DNA from: a virus
Direction: 5' to 3' (one strand)
Virus record (IMG/VR): IMGVR_UViG_3300029951_000027
DNA length: 63,689 nucleotides
Below, one piece after another: positions 36,306 through 44,791 of this stretch. Numbering within the stretch: the first letter of the stretch is position 1; every line of letters starts with the position of its first letter. The notes under the pieces are model-generated. The model had not been told where the DNA came from, ran no database searches, and saw only the letters and a list, made by a program, of their open reading frames with translations. A program made the translations under genes and the position numbers.

Positions 36306-37796
36306 TTAGCGGTTGACGTTGATCAGGATGTCCACGGTGTGGATCGCGCCAGCCAGCTTGGCAGCGACTTGGAAGGTAACGGACTTGCGGGCCGCACGAT
36401 CCGTGGGGTTCTGGCTGGCAATAGGCGGTGCGTAGACGTAGTATCCATTCGGCAGGAAGTCGCCGGTCGCCAGCGTGCCGAAGCCGGTCTGGTTCCAGAT
36501 GCCCGGTGCGAGCAACCCATTGTTGACGTATGCCGACAGGCGGGCCGAGATTACGTTGACGATGCTGTGGTTGCCGGCATCCGTTTGCGGAATCTTGGTG
36601 GGACTGGTATAAAGGAAGTTGTAGACGTCCGACTGAATGTCCAGTGCCAGCGCGTCTGTACCAATCACGGTATCAATGAAGTCGCCCGAAGCACAGAGAC
36701 CCGGTTCAATGATGGCAGTGTTATTGTTGTACGCCACGAAGACATTGCAGTTCTTGGCTTCGAGCGCACTGATCTGCGAAACGTTCATGTTCTCCGCCAC
36801 GATGCCCGGTTCCTGCTTGTACATCAGCGTGATGACCGAGTTGTTCGCGGTATAGTCCGTCGTCAAGATGCGCGCCAGCATAGAGACCACGGCATATGGG
36901 TTGGAACTGCTGTACTGCGTAGCGGTATGGCGGTATCCTGCCTGATTGAGCAGATACGGAATGGACGTCGTGTCCGTACTATTGAGAACAGCCGCCTCTT
37001 GTGTGGTCACACCGAAGAAGTGGCGGTTCTCGCTACCTTCAATGTACGGAGCGATTGCCAGGGTATCGGCGTCCACGCTGCCCAGCACGGTCACGGCGTA
37101 CCAGATTTGCCCGTAGTTGCTGTCAAACAGTGTCACAGCCGCCAGCGCCGTTTCGGCCACCGCGCCTTGAGCCGTGTAGGCGCCCAGGGCCGCCGTCATG
37201 CAGGTCAGCGCGCTGATGTCGGTGCCGCCCGTGCCTGCCGTGACGAAGCCAACAGTGGCGCCCGCGCCGGTAGCGGTGCTGGTGAGCTCGAAACGCTGGA
37301 AGGATGCGTTCCAGACGATGGTTGCCGCCACCGACGCGCCGGTCAAGGCCGTCTGGATAATGGACGCCACACCGTTGAGATTGGTGGCGCCACTGAAGTT
37401 CATCGCCGTCAGCGACGTGACCGTGCCGCCGACGCTGACGTGCAAGGAACCGTTCGTGATGGCGTTCCACGTCGCGATCAGTTGGTCCGCCGCAGGCAGC
37501 TCTCCACCGCGCAAGTACGCAGGCGATGCCGACTGCACCCAGCGGCCAATCAGCAGGCTCGTCGGTTGCGGAAGCTGTTCGAACCACAGCAGAGCAGCAA
37601 GGTACTCCGGCGCGGTCGTGCCGAAGTCGGTCGCCACTTCAGACAGGCCGTTGTAGACACGGTACCGTTCCGTCGGATCGATCGTGGCCGACGAACCCAG
37701 GATCAGGAGCTGCGACGTGTTCTGTGCGGCGGCACCACCGGGCGTAAGGTTGACCGACGTGCTGATCAGCCGGCTGATGGGAAGCGAAGCGGTCAT
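36306..37796 (-). CDS. contractile tail sheath protein (DUF3383-like)
   Basis: 496 aa, immediately upstream of the tube gene. Confidence 0.7.
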   Translation of the reverse strand: MTASLPISRLISTSVNLTPGGAAAQNTSQLLILGSSATIDPTERYRVYNGLSEVATDFGTTAPEYLAALLWFEQLPQPTSLLIGRWVQSASPAYLRGGELPAADQLIATWNAITNGSLHVSVGGTVTSLTAMNFSGATNLNGVASIIQTALTGASVAATIVWNASFQRFELTSTATGAGATVGFVTAGTGGTDISALTCMTAALGAYTAQGAVAETALAAVTLFDSNYGQIWYAVTVLGSVDADTLAIAPYIEGSENRHFFGVTTQEAAVLNSTDTTSIPYLLNQAGYRHTATQYSSSNPYAVVSMLARILTTDYTANNSVITLMYKQEPGIVAENMNVSQISALEAKNCNVFVAYNNNTAIIEPGLCASGDFIDTVIGTDALALDIQSDVYNFLYTSPTKIPQTDAGNHSIVNVISARLSAYVNNGLLAPGIWNQTGFGTLATGDFLPNGYYVYAPPIASQNPTDRAARKSVTFQVAAKLAGAIHTVDILINVNR

Positions 37797-37810
37797 AATT
37801 TAGTCCCGTC

Positions 37811-38404
37811 TTAAGGCGTGTTGACGTTGATGGTCGTCGTATAGATTTCGTTATCCAGTAGAATCTGGGCTGCTTCCAGCGTAAGAACTTGGTACTCGCG
37901 GACAATCTGGCGCTTGACCCGCATCTCCATATCAACGCGGCGGTACCACAGTTCTTTAATAATTTCTGGGGCGGTGACCTGATCTCCGAATTCAATCAGG
38001 CCCATATTATTCAGCTGGAATACTTCAAGATTCTGCGGGATCGCACCGCCGTCGCGTAGCATATCTGCGAAGCTACTGGCGTTCGGACCCCAGAAAGAAT
38101 ACCTGACAGTTAGGACTTGATGCCTGCGGAGTTGATTATAGCCTTGACCAGTTGCGAACTGCAAATTGACGGCAAAGGTATCTGCGCTGCTCACGCTCAC
38201 TTTAAAACTGCACCAGTCAATATCGTTTTGGGGGATATTCGGAGCATTCGTTTGCCATGATGGGCGCACCATGGGTGCCGGGTAGCCAGTGAGCGCAACT
38301 GTCCAGGCTTGAAAGAAGTCTTCAAGCTGCTGGTCGTTTAGGGGTGGCGCTGGCGGGTTGCTGGGGAGCAGGGCGCCGCCCGTGGCGCTGGTGTTACCCG
38401 GCAT
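37811..38404 (-). CDS. neck / tail terminator-like protein
   Basis: 197 aa, directly upstream of the sheath gene. Confidence 0.45.
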   Translation of the reverse strand: MPGNTSATGGALLPSNPPAPPLNDQQLEDFFQAWTVALTGYPAPMVRPSWQTNAPNIPQNDIDWCSFKVSVSSADTFAVNLQFATGQGYNQLRRHQVLTVRYSFWGPNASSFADMLRDGGAIPQNLEVFQLNNMGLIEFGDQVTAPEIIKELWYRRVDMEMRVKRQIVREYQVLTLEAAQILLDNEIYTTTINVNTP

Positions 38405-38407
38405 GGT

Positions 38408-38743
38408 TTACCACTCGCGTGCGGTGTACTTGGCAGCGTTGGTGCCGCTGATGTGGATCTGTCCCGTCAGCACTGGGAAGCCGGCAGGCGGAAATATACC
38501 ACCGGGAGCAACTTCCCAGGAACCGATCGTATTCGGAACCGCAGCCGCTCCCGTATCGTTGACCCACATGCTAGTCACATCAATGTTCTGCATCAGCCAG
38601 CCCGAGCGCGTGGCATTGGCATCCATGAGAAGTTCACTGTCGCCAGTACCAGTCAGGGCACCACTGTGGTCAACGATGGCTTCCTGACCATGTACGATAA
38701 TGGTTTGCGACGAACCCAGTGCGTCGATTACTTTCAGCAGCAT
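38408..38743 (-). CDS. hypothetical virion protein
   Basis: 111-aa ORF in the head-tail joining block. Confidence 0.5.
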   Translation of the reverse strand: MLLKVIDALGSSQTIIVHGQEAIVDHSGALTGTGDSELLMDANATRSGWLMQNIDVTSMWVNDTGAAAVPNTIGSWEVAPGGIFPPAGFPVLTGQIHISGTNAAKYTAREW

Positions 38744-39216
38744 ATTGCCCCCAGCGTGCTATTCTGTTGAACGTTAAAATTAGTCATTGAGCCAGCCACT
38801 ACCGTACCTGTCGCCAAACCGGCCAGCCCCGACAGGATAGCAGGGTCCGTCAAGACTGTACTGCGGCATTCTGCTTCGTAGAACCCTGGGCCAAAATGCC
38901 CATAGGGGTCCACGCGAATGACAAGGTACGTGCTACCCCGCCAAATAACGATGTCAGGCTGGCTACCTGTGATCTCACCCTGCAATTGAAACTGCGTGAC
39001 CACAGTGATCTGGCGAGGCGTGACTTCGAAAGCATCTCGCGCATCGCGATCATTACTGCTGCCAGAAGTAATTACGCCGATCACGTTTGCGAACGTCGAC
39101 ATTGCGAATGTGTTACGTCCATTCGTGCCAATGGTTTCGACCCGACGTAGCACACCGAAGTCGGTGGCAAAGTCAGGGTCTGTTAGTGGCTCAGTGACGT
39201 CGAGAAACGGATTCAC
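38734..39216 (-). CDS. hypothetical head-tail joining protein
   Basis: 160-aa ORF that overlaps its neighbours. Confidence 0.5.
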   Translation of the reverse strand: MNPFLDVTEPLTDPDFATDFGVLRRVETIGTNGRNTFAMSTFANVIGVITSGSSNDRDARDAFEVTPRQITVVTQFQLQGEITGSQPDIVIWRGSTYLVIRVDPYGHFGPGFYEAECRSTVLTDPAILSGLAGLATGTVVAGSMTNFNVQQNSTLGAICC

Positions 39217-39770
39217 TTGTTTCGCCTGATGACATAGTTGATGGCATTGCGCATCTGCGCCGTAGCAATCAGCGGCTTAGCGTTATCCAGGCTTGGCGCT
39301 TCGCCATTCGCACGAGCCTTGAGTTCGGTTTTGGCCCCTTTAATTGACTTACGTTGGCGGATACGCTGCCACAACGTTGAGTCGGCCAACGGGGGGCCAA
39401 TACCCTCATTGATTACACCACGGATTTCCGCCTGAGCCTTCATCCCTGCAAGGTTGAGGAAACGGACTGGGTCGGTTCCTTTTAGTGCAGCTTTCGCACC
39501 TTGCTTCAGGGCTTCAACAATGTATTTCTGCGCACGTTTGATACCGGGCCGCATGAATGGCCGAGCAGGTATATGCGCCGCCTCGCTGCCGTTGTCATGA
39601 ATGAATGCGAGGGCCGCATTCGTCATGGGTCCTTTTTCTTGCTGCAATTGTTCGCGCGTCGTTTTCTCTGATGGCACACCGACAAATGTCGCGTTCAGCG
39701 TCAACTTGCTAATGCCAGAAAGCACCTTCGGCAGTTTGTCAATCGTCTTACTTGCAGCGTTTTTAGGCAT
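39213..39770 (-). CDS. HK97 gp10-like head-tail protein
   Basis: The IPARPFMRPG motif and its position support the call. Confidence 0.6.
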   Translation of the reverse strand: MPKNAASKTIDKLPKVLSGISKLTLNATFVGVPSEKTTREQLQQEKGPMTNAALAFIHDNGSEAAHIPARPFMRPGIKRAQKYIVEALKQGAKAALKGTDPVRFLNLAGMKAQAEIRGVINEGIGPPLADSTLWQRIRQRKSIKGAKTELKARANGEAPSLDNAKPLIATAQMRNAINYVIRRNK

Positions 39771-39771
39771 C

Positions 39772-40947
39772 TTATGTGCCGTTGCAAATCAAGTTAATTG
39801 CCGTTGCCGTCGCCATACTATGTGCAACTGAGTATCCAACGAATGTTCTGAATTGCGCTTCACTGTAGTTGCTCGAGAAGTTCACCGACGAAGCGTAGCA
39901 AATCTGCCCACCAGAAATTGGATTATTATCTACGCTGCCAGCAGTTCCATGAAATGTCGGATTGCCGCCGTCAACATAGATATTTACTTGTGTAATAAAA
40001 GTAGATTTTGTCGTATCAAAAACCACGGCGTATGCATCATCTGCATCCCCGCCGGTATAAGAATTTCCATTCGCACTGCCAATGCCTACAAGAAGACCGC
40101 TGTTACCGCCTCCCAAAATAGCATAGGCCATGATGGCAGTCTTAGGCGATGCATTGGTTCCAAACATCAACGGCAAACCGGTTCCAGTTGCCGGATACGG
40201 CACGCCCGTGAAGTAGAACGACATCCCGGCGCTCGCCGCAACGCTACCGGTAGTTGCCATACCGTCGGTAGTGCCGTTGGGTTGGAAATTACGTAGAATA
40301 GTGCCTGCGTTTACTACGAGCGGTTGCGCTCCAGCAGTCGGCTGAGTCATGTCTAAACCCATGCCACTCTGATCGTACCAAGTAACAAGATACGCAGAAG
40401 CTGAACCGACAAAGGCTGTCAGATTTGTAGTATCGGTTCCATCCGTTCCAGGGATAATGTCGGATTCTACATTATCTGTAGAACGACGAACTCTATAAAG
40501 TCTTTGAGTTGCGTAGGAACTTAGAAGTGTTCTGCGTCCGTAGCAGAACATCATATTGGCGCTGTAGGCATCAAGCGGCCCAGGAGGTGGGGGAGGAGCA
40601 GTTACCGTAATATAAGCAGGTTTTGGAACTACATAGTTATTGGTATCAACCGTGACTGTCATAGTCACTTCATAACTTCCTGCCGATGCGTACGTATATG
40701 ATGGATCTTCAAGTGATGAAGTACCGCCATCACCAAAAGTCCACGCCCAGGCCGTAGGTATACCACCCATGGTCAGGTCAGTGAACAATACCGTCAGCGG
40801 CACTTCTCCAATTGTTGGTGTCCCTTCAAACTCTGCAATTGGTGCTGGCGGTGGCGCTGGTTCAGGCGTGGTGTTTTCAATAGCTAGATCCCCACCGATG
40901 GTAATATGCACCAGTCGGTCGAGCGTTGGGGCAATTTGATTAACCAT
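39772..40947 (-). CDS. PKD-domain protein with GH54/AbfB-like beta-sandwich (candidate capsid decoration or adhesin)
   Basis: The PKD hallmark is PLTVLFTD...WAWTFGDGGTS...YTY..AGSYEVTMTV. Downstream, RLYRVRRSTDN...YLVTWYDQSGMG resembles the AbfB catalytic-domain N-terminus. The start was set at ATG 40947. Confidence 0.6.
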   Translation of the reverse strand: MVNQIAPTLDRLVHITIGGDLAIENTTPEPAPPPAPIAEFEGTPTIGEVPLTVLFTDLTMGGIPTAWAWTFGDGGTSSLEDPSYTYASAGSYEVTMTVTVDTNNYVVPKPAYITVTAPPPPPGPLDAYSANMMFCYGRRTLLSSYATQRLYRVRRSTDNVESDIIPGTDGTDTTNLTAFVGSASAYLVTWYDQSGMGLDMTQPTAGAQPLVVNAGTILRNFQPNGTTDGMATTGSVAASAGMSFYFTGVPYPATGTGLPLMFGTNASPKTAIMAYAILGGGNSGLLVGIGSANGNSYTGGDADDAYAVVFDTTKSTFITQVNIYVDGGNPTFHGTAGSVDNNPISGGQICYASSVNFSSNYSEAQFRTFVGYSVAHSMATATAINLICNGT

Positions 40948-40949
40948 AG

Positions 40950-41447
40950 TCACGAAAAATTCGTGAACCCCGGAGTGACGTCCGGGCCGCTCCAAGCTCC
41001 AAGGCTGGTGAAGGTACCGTTACCCCATGCGGGGCCAGGGGCTCCGACTTGCACCGGGCCAGCGCCGAAGAGACGGATAAGCTGCCACAGGCGCACGCCG
41101 AACACGGTGAGCCCATAAGCACCCATGAATTCCTGCTGCATGGCAGACACGTCAAGGCCGACCGACACCTTGTCGACAGACTTCGAGTTGACCACGCCAA
41201 TGCCGCTGCCGTTCGCGCCGGGCACTGCCCCGTTGGCTGCTTCGGCGTTCATGCGGGCTTCCAGGACACAGTTGTGCGCGGCGTAGAGCTGCGCGCCCAG
41301 ATCAAGCTGCCGGCCCCAGCGCGATGCATTCAGCATCATATACGCCACGTTCAGCCAGAACTGCACCATGGAGTTCGGGAAGATGGTGGTCGACGCGAAC
41401 TCGGTAAAGTTCGCGCGGAACTGGGGGACAGTGACAGGGGCGGACAT
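40950..41447 (-). CDS. DUF4054-like head completion protein
   Basis: The F..F.EF...WLNVA...WG...LYAAHN pattern and its position support the call. Confidence 0.55.
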   Translation of the reverse strand: MSAPVTVPQFRANFTEFASTTIFPNSMVQFWLNVAYMMLNASRWGRQLDLGAQLYAAHNCVLEARMNAEAANGAVPGANGSGIGVVNSKSVDKVSVGLDVSAMQQEFMGAYGLTVFGVRLWQLIRLFGAGPVQVGAPGPAWGNGTFTSLGAWSGPDVTPGFTNFS

Positions 41448-41450
41448 GTC

Positions 41451-42050
41451 TTAGTCCATCTCGCGGGCCAGGGGGTGCCACGAGCCGACCGATTCCTTGT
41501 ACTTGTAGTTCACTTTGATGAACTCGCTGCGCGCCGAGGCGAACCCTCGTGCGTGGCGGTTGCCGCCGCTGGCTGCAAATTCGTCGGTGAGTTTCTTGTA
41601 CGCGGAGCGGACTTGCTTGTCGAGATCGCCTTCGGCGTCACGCACCGCGTCGGTCATCTTCGAGTCAAAGACGAATCCTTGCTTGCGATCGCGCAGGATA
41701 TCCGTCACGCTGCGTTGCACGTTCCAGTCGTTGAGGCAGAGATAGTTCTCGGCCGTCGCGTTGGTGCAGTCGCCTTGCTTGGCGACTTCCATGATGCAGT
41801 TGCGGCGCTCGATGTCAGTGGCTGGCTTGCCGGACTTGTTGGCGGCGAGGTCGTGTGTACGATCTGCGCGTTCCCACGCCTGCACAGCACGATCAAGGTC
41901 CCAGCCCTTTGCAACGAGGTAAGACTCCGCATCTGCGCGGTTCTTAGTCTCCGTCTTGATTAGGAAATCCTTGATAGCAATCTCACGTTGCTTCGGGTCT
42001 AACTGAGCGTCAGCCGTGCGCTTGTGCACGTGAATGTGGACTTTTCCCAT
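41451..42050 (-). CDS. hypothetical protein with two UBA-like repeats
   Basis: The 199-aa protein contains the internal repeat AESYLVAKGWDLDRAVQAW / AENYLCLNDWNVQRSVTDI. Confidence 0.55.
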   Translation of the reverse strand: MGKVHIHVHKRTADAQLDPKQREIAIKDFLIKTETKNRADAESYLVAKGWDLDRAVQAWERADRTHDLAANKSGKPATDIERRNCIMEVAKQGDCTNATAENYLCLNDWNVQRSVTDILRDRKQGFVFDSKMTDAVRDAEGDLDKQVRSAYKKLTDEFAASGGNRHARGFASARSEFIKVNYKYKESVGSWHPLAREMD

Positions 42051-42065
42051 AACGGCTCCTATGCT

Positions 42066-42326
42066 TCAGCGTTCGCCGATAGGTTTGACGAGCTTGACGT
42101 TGGCCGCCATCGCAGTGCACTCCGACTTGATGATGTCGATTTGCTTCTTGATGGCTTCGATGTCTTGCCGGTCCATCTCGCGCGCCAAATTCGCAATCTG
42201 CTGTCCTGCTCGCAGCACAATCTGGCCGCTCGCTGCGAGACCGTAATCGTGCTGACGTTCGGCATCAACGGCCGGTGCATTCATGTCCACGACACGAACG
42301 GCAGCCTTGAAATACTTGTCGCTCAT
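42066..42326 (-). CDS. hypothetical protein
   Basis: 86-aa ORF in the head block. Confidence 0.5.
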   Translation of the reverse strand: MSDKYFKAAVRVVDMNAPAVDAERQHDYGLAASGQIVLRAGQQIANLAREMDRQDIEAIKKQIDIIKSECTAMAANVKLVKPIGER

Positions 42327-42532
42327 TTCGTTCCCCAGAACTTGTCGTGTGCTGCGTTGAGCGCTTTCGCGTCCATGCCGCCAATGCAGTCGACTCGCCC
42401 GGTGCGTTCGTCGGCTGCCCGTTGTTCGCTGTAGGCGATCGCCACTGCCTGTTTCTGCGGCTTGCCCGCAGCCATCTCGGTCTTCACGTTCTGGCCGAAA
42501 GCGGCTTCGGACTTACCTTGTTCGAGCGGCAT
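42323..42532 (-). CDS. hypothetical protein
   Basis: 69-aa ORF containing GKPQKQAVAIAYSE. Confidence 0.5.
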   Translation of the reverse strand: MPLEQGKSEAAFGQNVKTEMAAGKPQKQAVAIAYSEQRAADERTGRVDCIGGMDAKALNAAHDKFWGTK

Positions 42533-42547
42533 GGCGATCTCCTGTGA

Positions 42548-42952
42548 TTAAGACTTCTTGTACACTTCGACGCCGTTCGCCTTTGCCCACCAGTGCTCGG
42601 CGTGCGACAGCAGCATCTCCTGAACACCCGCCTTGTACGGGAATTCGTGATGCGTGATGGTCGTACCGTCAGTGGTCGACAGGCGCAGCGTGAAGGGCTT
42701 CTTCACGGTAACCGTCACCGTGACGTCGCTGGCAACCTCGGGGACTGCACCGGCCAGGGCCACGGCGGTACCGCTGGCAGCCGAGGAATCGGGGCTTGCG
42801 GCGCCGATCGCGGGCGTGGTGGCACCTTGGGTGCTGGCCGCAAGCGCCGCCGCTTGGCGGGCTTGCTCTTCGGCCGCCGCTTGCTGTGCGGCATCGGTCG
42901 GCAGGGTACCGGGGTTGTCCCAGGGGGCGGGGGCTTTGTTGGCTTCGGGCAT
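42548..42952 (-). CDS. hypothetical protein (Ala/Ser-rich N-terminus)
   Basis: 134-aa ORF, the first gene after the post-capsid terminator. Confidence 0.55.
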   Translation of the reverse strand: MPEANKAPAPWDNPGTLPTDAAQQAAAEEQARQAAALAASTQGATTPAIGAASPDSSAASGTAVALAGAVPEVASDVTVTVTVKKPFTLRLSTTDGTTITHHEFPYKAGVQEMLLSHAEHWWAKANGVEVYKKS

Positions 42953-42966
42953 TTTCTACTCCATGT

Positions 42967-42994
42967 GAAAACGGCGGGCGCTTGCCCGCCGTTT
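42967..42994 (-). terminator. Hairpin terminator or attenuator downstream of the major capsid gene
   Basis: AAAACGGCGGGC-AAGC-GCCCGCCGTTTT is a perfect 12-bp stem with a T-run on the minus strand. Confidence 0.55.
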
Positions 42995-43028
42995 TGGCTG
43001 CTGTGAACCGGCTAGTCGCCGGCTGTAA

Positions 43029-44153
43029 TCACAGACCGTCGAAGTAGCCGACGACTTCCGGGTACACGACTTCGACCGCGCCCAGACGACAGAAGTACGT
43101 CGTCTTGTGGTAGATCGAGTCGTATTGGATCGGCGTGCGGTTGAGAAGCGTCATGGGGAAGCGCACGCGCTTCTTGTCCTTGACGTACACGACCGCACGA
43201 TCGACCGTACCCGTGGTGCCAATGGTACCACCGACGCCCGAGCCGATGCACCACTTGACCGGCAGGATGGTCAGCTGGCCCTTGCCCGAGGTCGTCAGGA
43301 GGTTGTTCTCCATGATGTACCGCAGGATGGACACGTTACCGGCCGACGAGACCTTCTGCGTGCTGATATAGCCGAACTGGGCCGGCGGCAGGAGCAGGCG
43401 GTCCGGCATGACGGCCCAGGCCGCCGCTTGCCAGACGCTGGTCAGCATCGTATTGACGTCGGCCAGGATCTCGTCGGCGGTCTTCTTGGACCACTGCGAG
43501 AAACCCGAGGCGCCGTTCGGCAGGTTGGACACGTTGGTGACCAGCGAGTTGTTCACCAGACCGGTGTCGCCCGTGCCGGTGTCGCCGATGTACACCTGCT
43601 CGTCGATGTCCATCTGGTGCTTGAGCTGGAGGCCCTCGTACTTCTGCTGGTCGATCGGGCGGCCCAGCTTGGCCGCCGACTCGAGTTCCAGGATGGTGTA
43701 CTTGAGCTCCATGGCCCACGGGCGCAGTTGATGCGGGATCTTGGCGATGTCCGCCGACACACCCGTCACCTGATCGGTGTTCTTGCCGATCCACGCCTTG
43801 CCGTTGCCGATGCCGTTGCCCGAGCCGGTAGAGCCGGCGCTGCCGAAGGTGGACAGAGTGAAGCTGGACACCTCGTCGGCAATGGTCACGTCTTCGCGCA
43901 GGTCGATGTCGCGCGACCACGTCACGGCGGCCAGCGGCTCGTGCAGCGTCATGTCCAGGCGTTCCAGCTCGCCCACCATGAAGGCGCCGGTGGAGTCCAC
44001 CGTGCGCTTGCCATCGTGCGTCTTGAACGCATGCTCGAGCTTGCGGCCGAGCTGGTTGCCCGCCGCGTCGATGGTGCGAAACGCGCTGTCGAACGTGAAG
44101 CTGTCGCGCGTCTTGGCGCGGAAGCGACGGGGCGGAATCAGGACTTGGTTCAT
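43029..44153 (-). CDS. major capsid protein (DUF2184-like)
   Basis: 374 aa, positioned after the scaffold gene and followed by a strong hairpin. The family was recognised from memory. Confidence 0.7.
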   Translation of the reverse strand: MNQVLIPPRRFRAKTRDSFTFDSAFRTIDAAGNQLGRKLEHAFKTHDGKRTVDSTGAFMVGELERLDMTLHEPLAAVTWSRDIDLREDVTIADEVSSFTLSTFGSAGSTGSGNGIGNGKAWIGKNTDQVTGVSADIAKIPHQLRPWAMELKYTILELESAAKLGRPIDQQKYEGLQLKHQMDIDEQVYIGDTGTGDTGLVNNSLVTNVSNLPNGASGFSQWSKKTADEILADVNTMLTSVWQAAAWAVMPDRLLLPPAQFGYISTQKVSSAGNVSILRYIMENNLLTTSGKGQLTILPVKWCIGSGVGGTIGTTGTVDRAVVYVKDKKRVRFPMTLLNRTPIQYDSIYHKTTYFCRLGAVEVVYPEVVGYFDGL

Positions 44154-44209
44154 GTCAGTTCTCTCGTATGAAGTTGAGGTGTTTACCTTTCGGCCCCGTC
44201 AGGTACCGA

Positions 44210-44755
44210 TCAGACCTTGCAGCAGAGTTCCGTGATGCCGGTGGCATCCGCGGGGCCGTTGAACGTGTAGCTCGCGGACAGCGTGGCGGTGGAACCACCC
44301 GTGGCAGCGTTCTCGAACGAGCCCTGGATGTGCGCGCCGCTGGAAGCCGCAACCCACAGGAACACGGCGCCACCCTTGGTCACCGCCTGCGTGGCGGGGA
44401 TCTGCACCATGATGTAGCCGCGACGCAGTACGTCCAGCAGTTGGCCGCCGGCGAAGCTGCCGGTGCCGAAGGACTGTGCACCGTAGTTGCTGGCCGCCGC
44501 CACCTGGAAGGGGTACGGGCGAACGGACACGCCGTAGATCTCGGTGATCGCCGTGTCCGTGGACTCGATGCCGCGAACCGTGTTCGCCGCCGTGTTCACG
44601 AGACAGGCAAGGCCCGGCGCCGCGATGGGGTTCGTGCTGTCGTTCATCGCCGGCTCGATGGTCGCCGGGTGCGTGCGGTTGACGTCGCCCGGGAAGCCCG
44701 CACCCATGCGGAACTGGAAAGCGGCGTCACGGGTCTTGCTGCGAATGCGGTTCAT
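44210..44755 (-). CDS. head structural protein, function unknown
   Basis: 181 aa, between the scaffold/protease and the capsid gene. Confidence 0.55.
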   Translation of the reverse strand: MNRIRSKTRDAAFQFRMGAGFPGDVNRTHPATIEPAMNDSTNPIAAPGLACLVNTAANTVRGIESTDTAITEIYGVSVRPYPFQVAAASNYGAQSFGTGSFAGGQLLDVLRRGYIMVQIPATQAVTKGGAVFLWVAASSGAHIQGSFENAATGGSTATLSASYTFNGPADATGITELCCKV

Positions 44756-44791
44756 GTTGCTTGCTCCAACTGGAATCAGGGTTGTGTGGGT

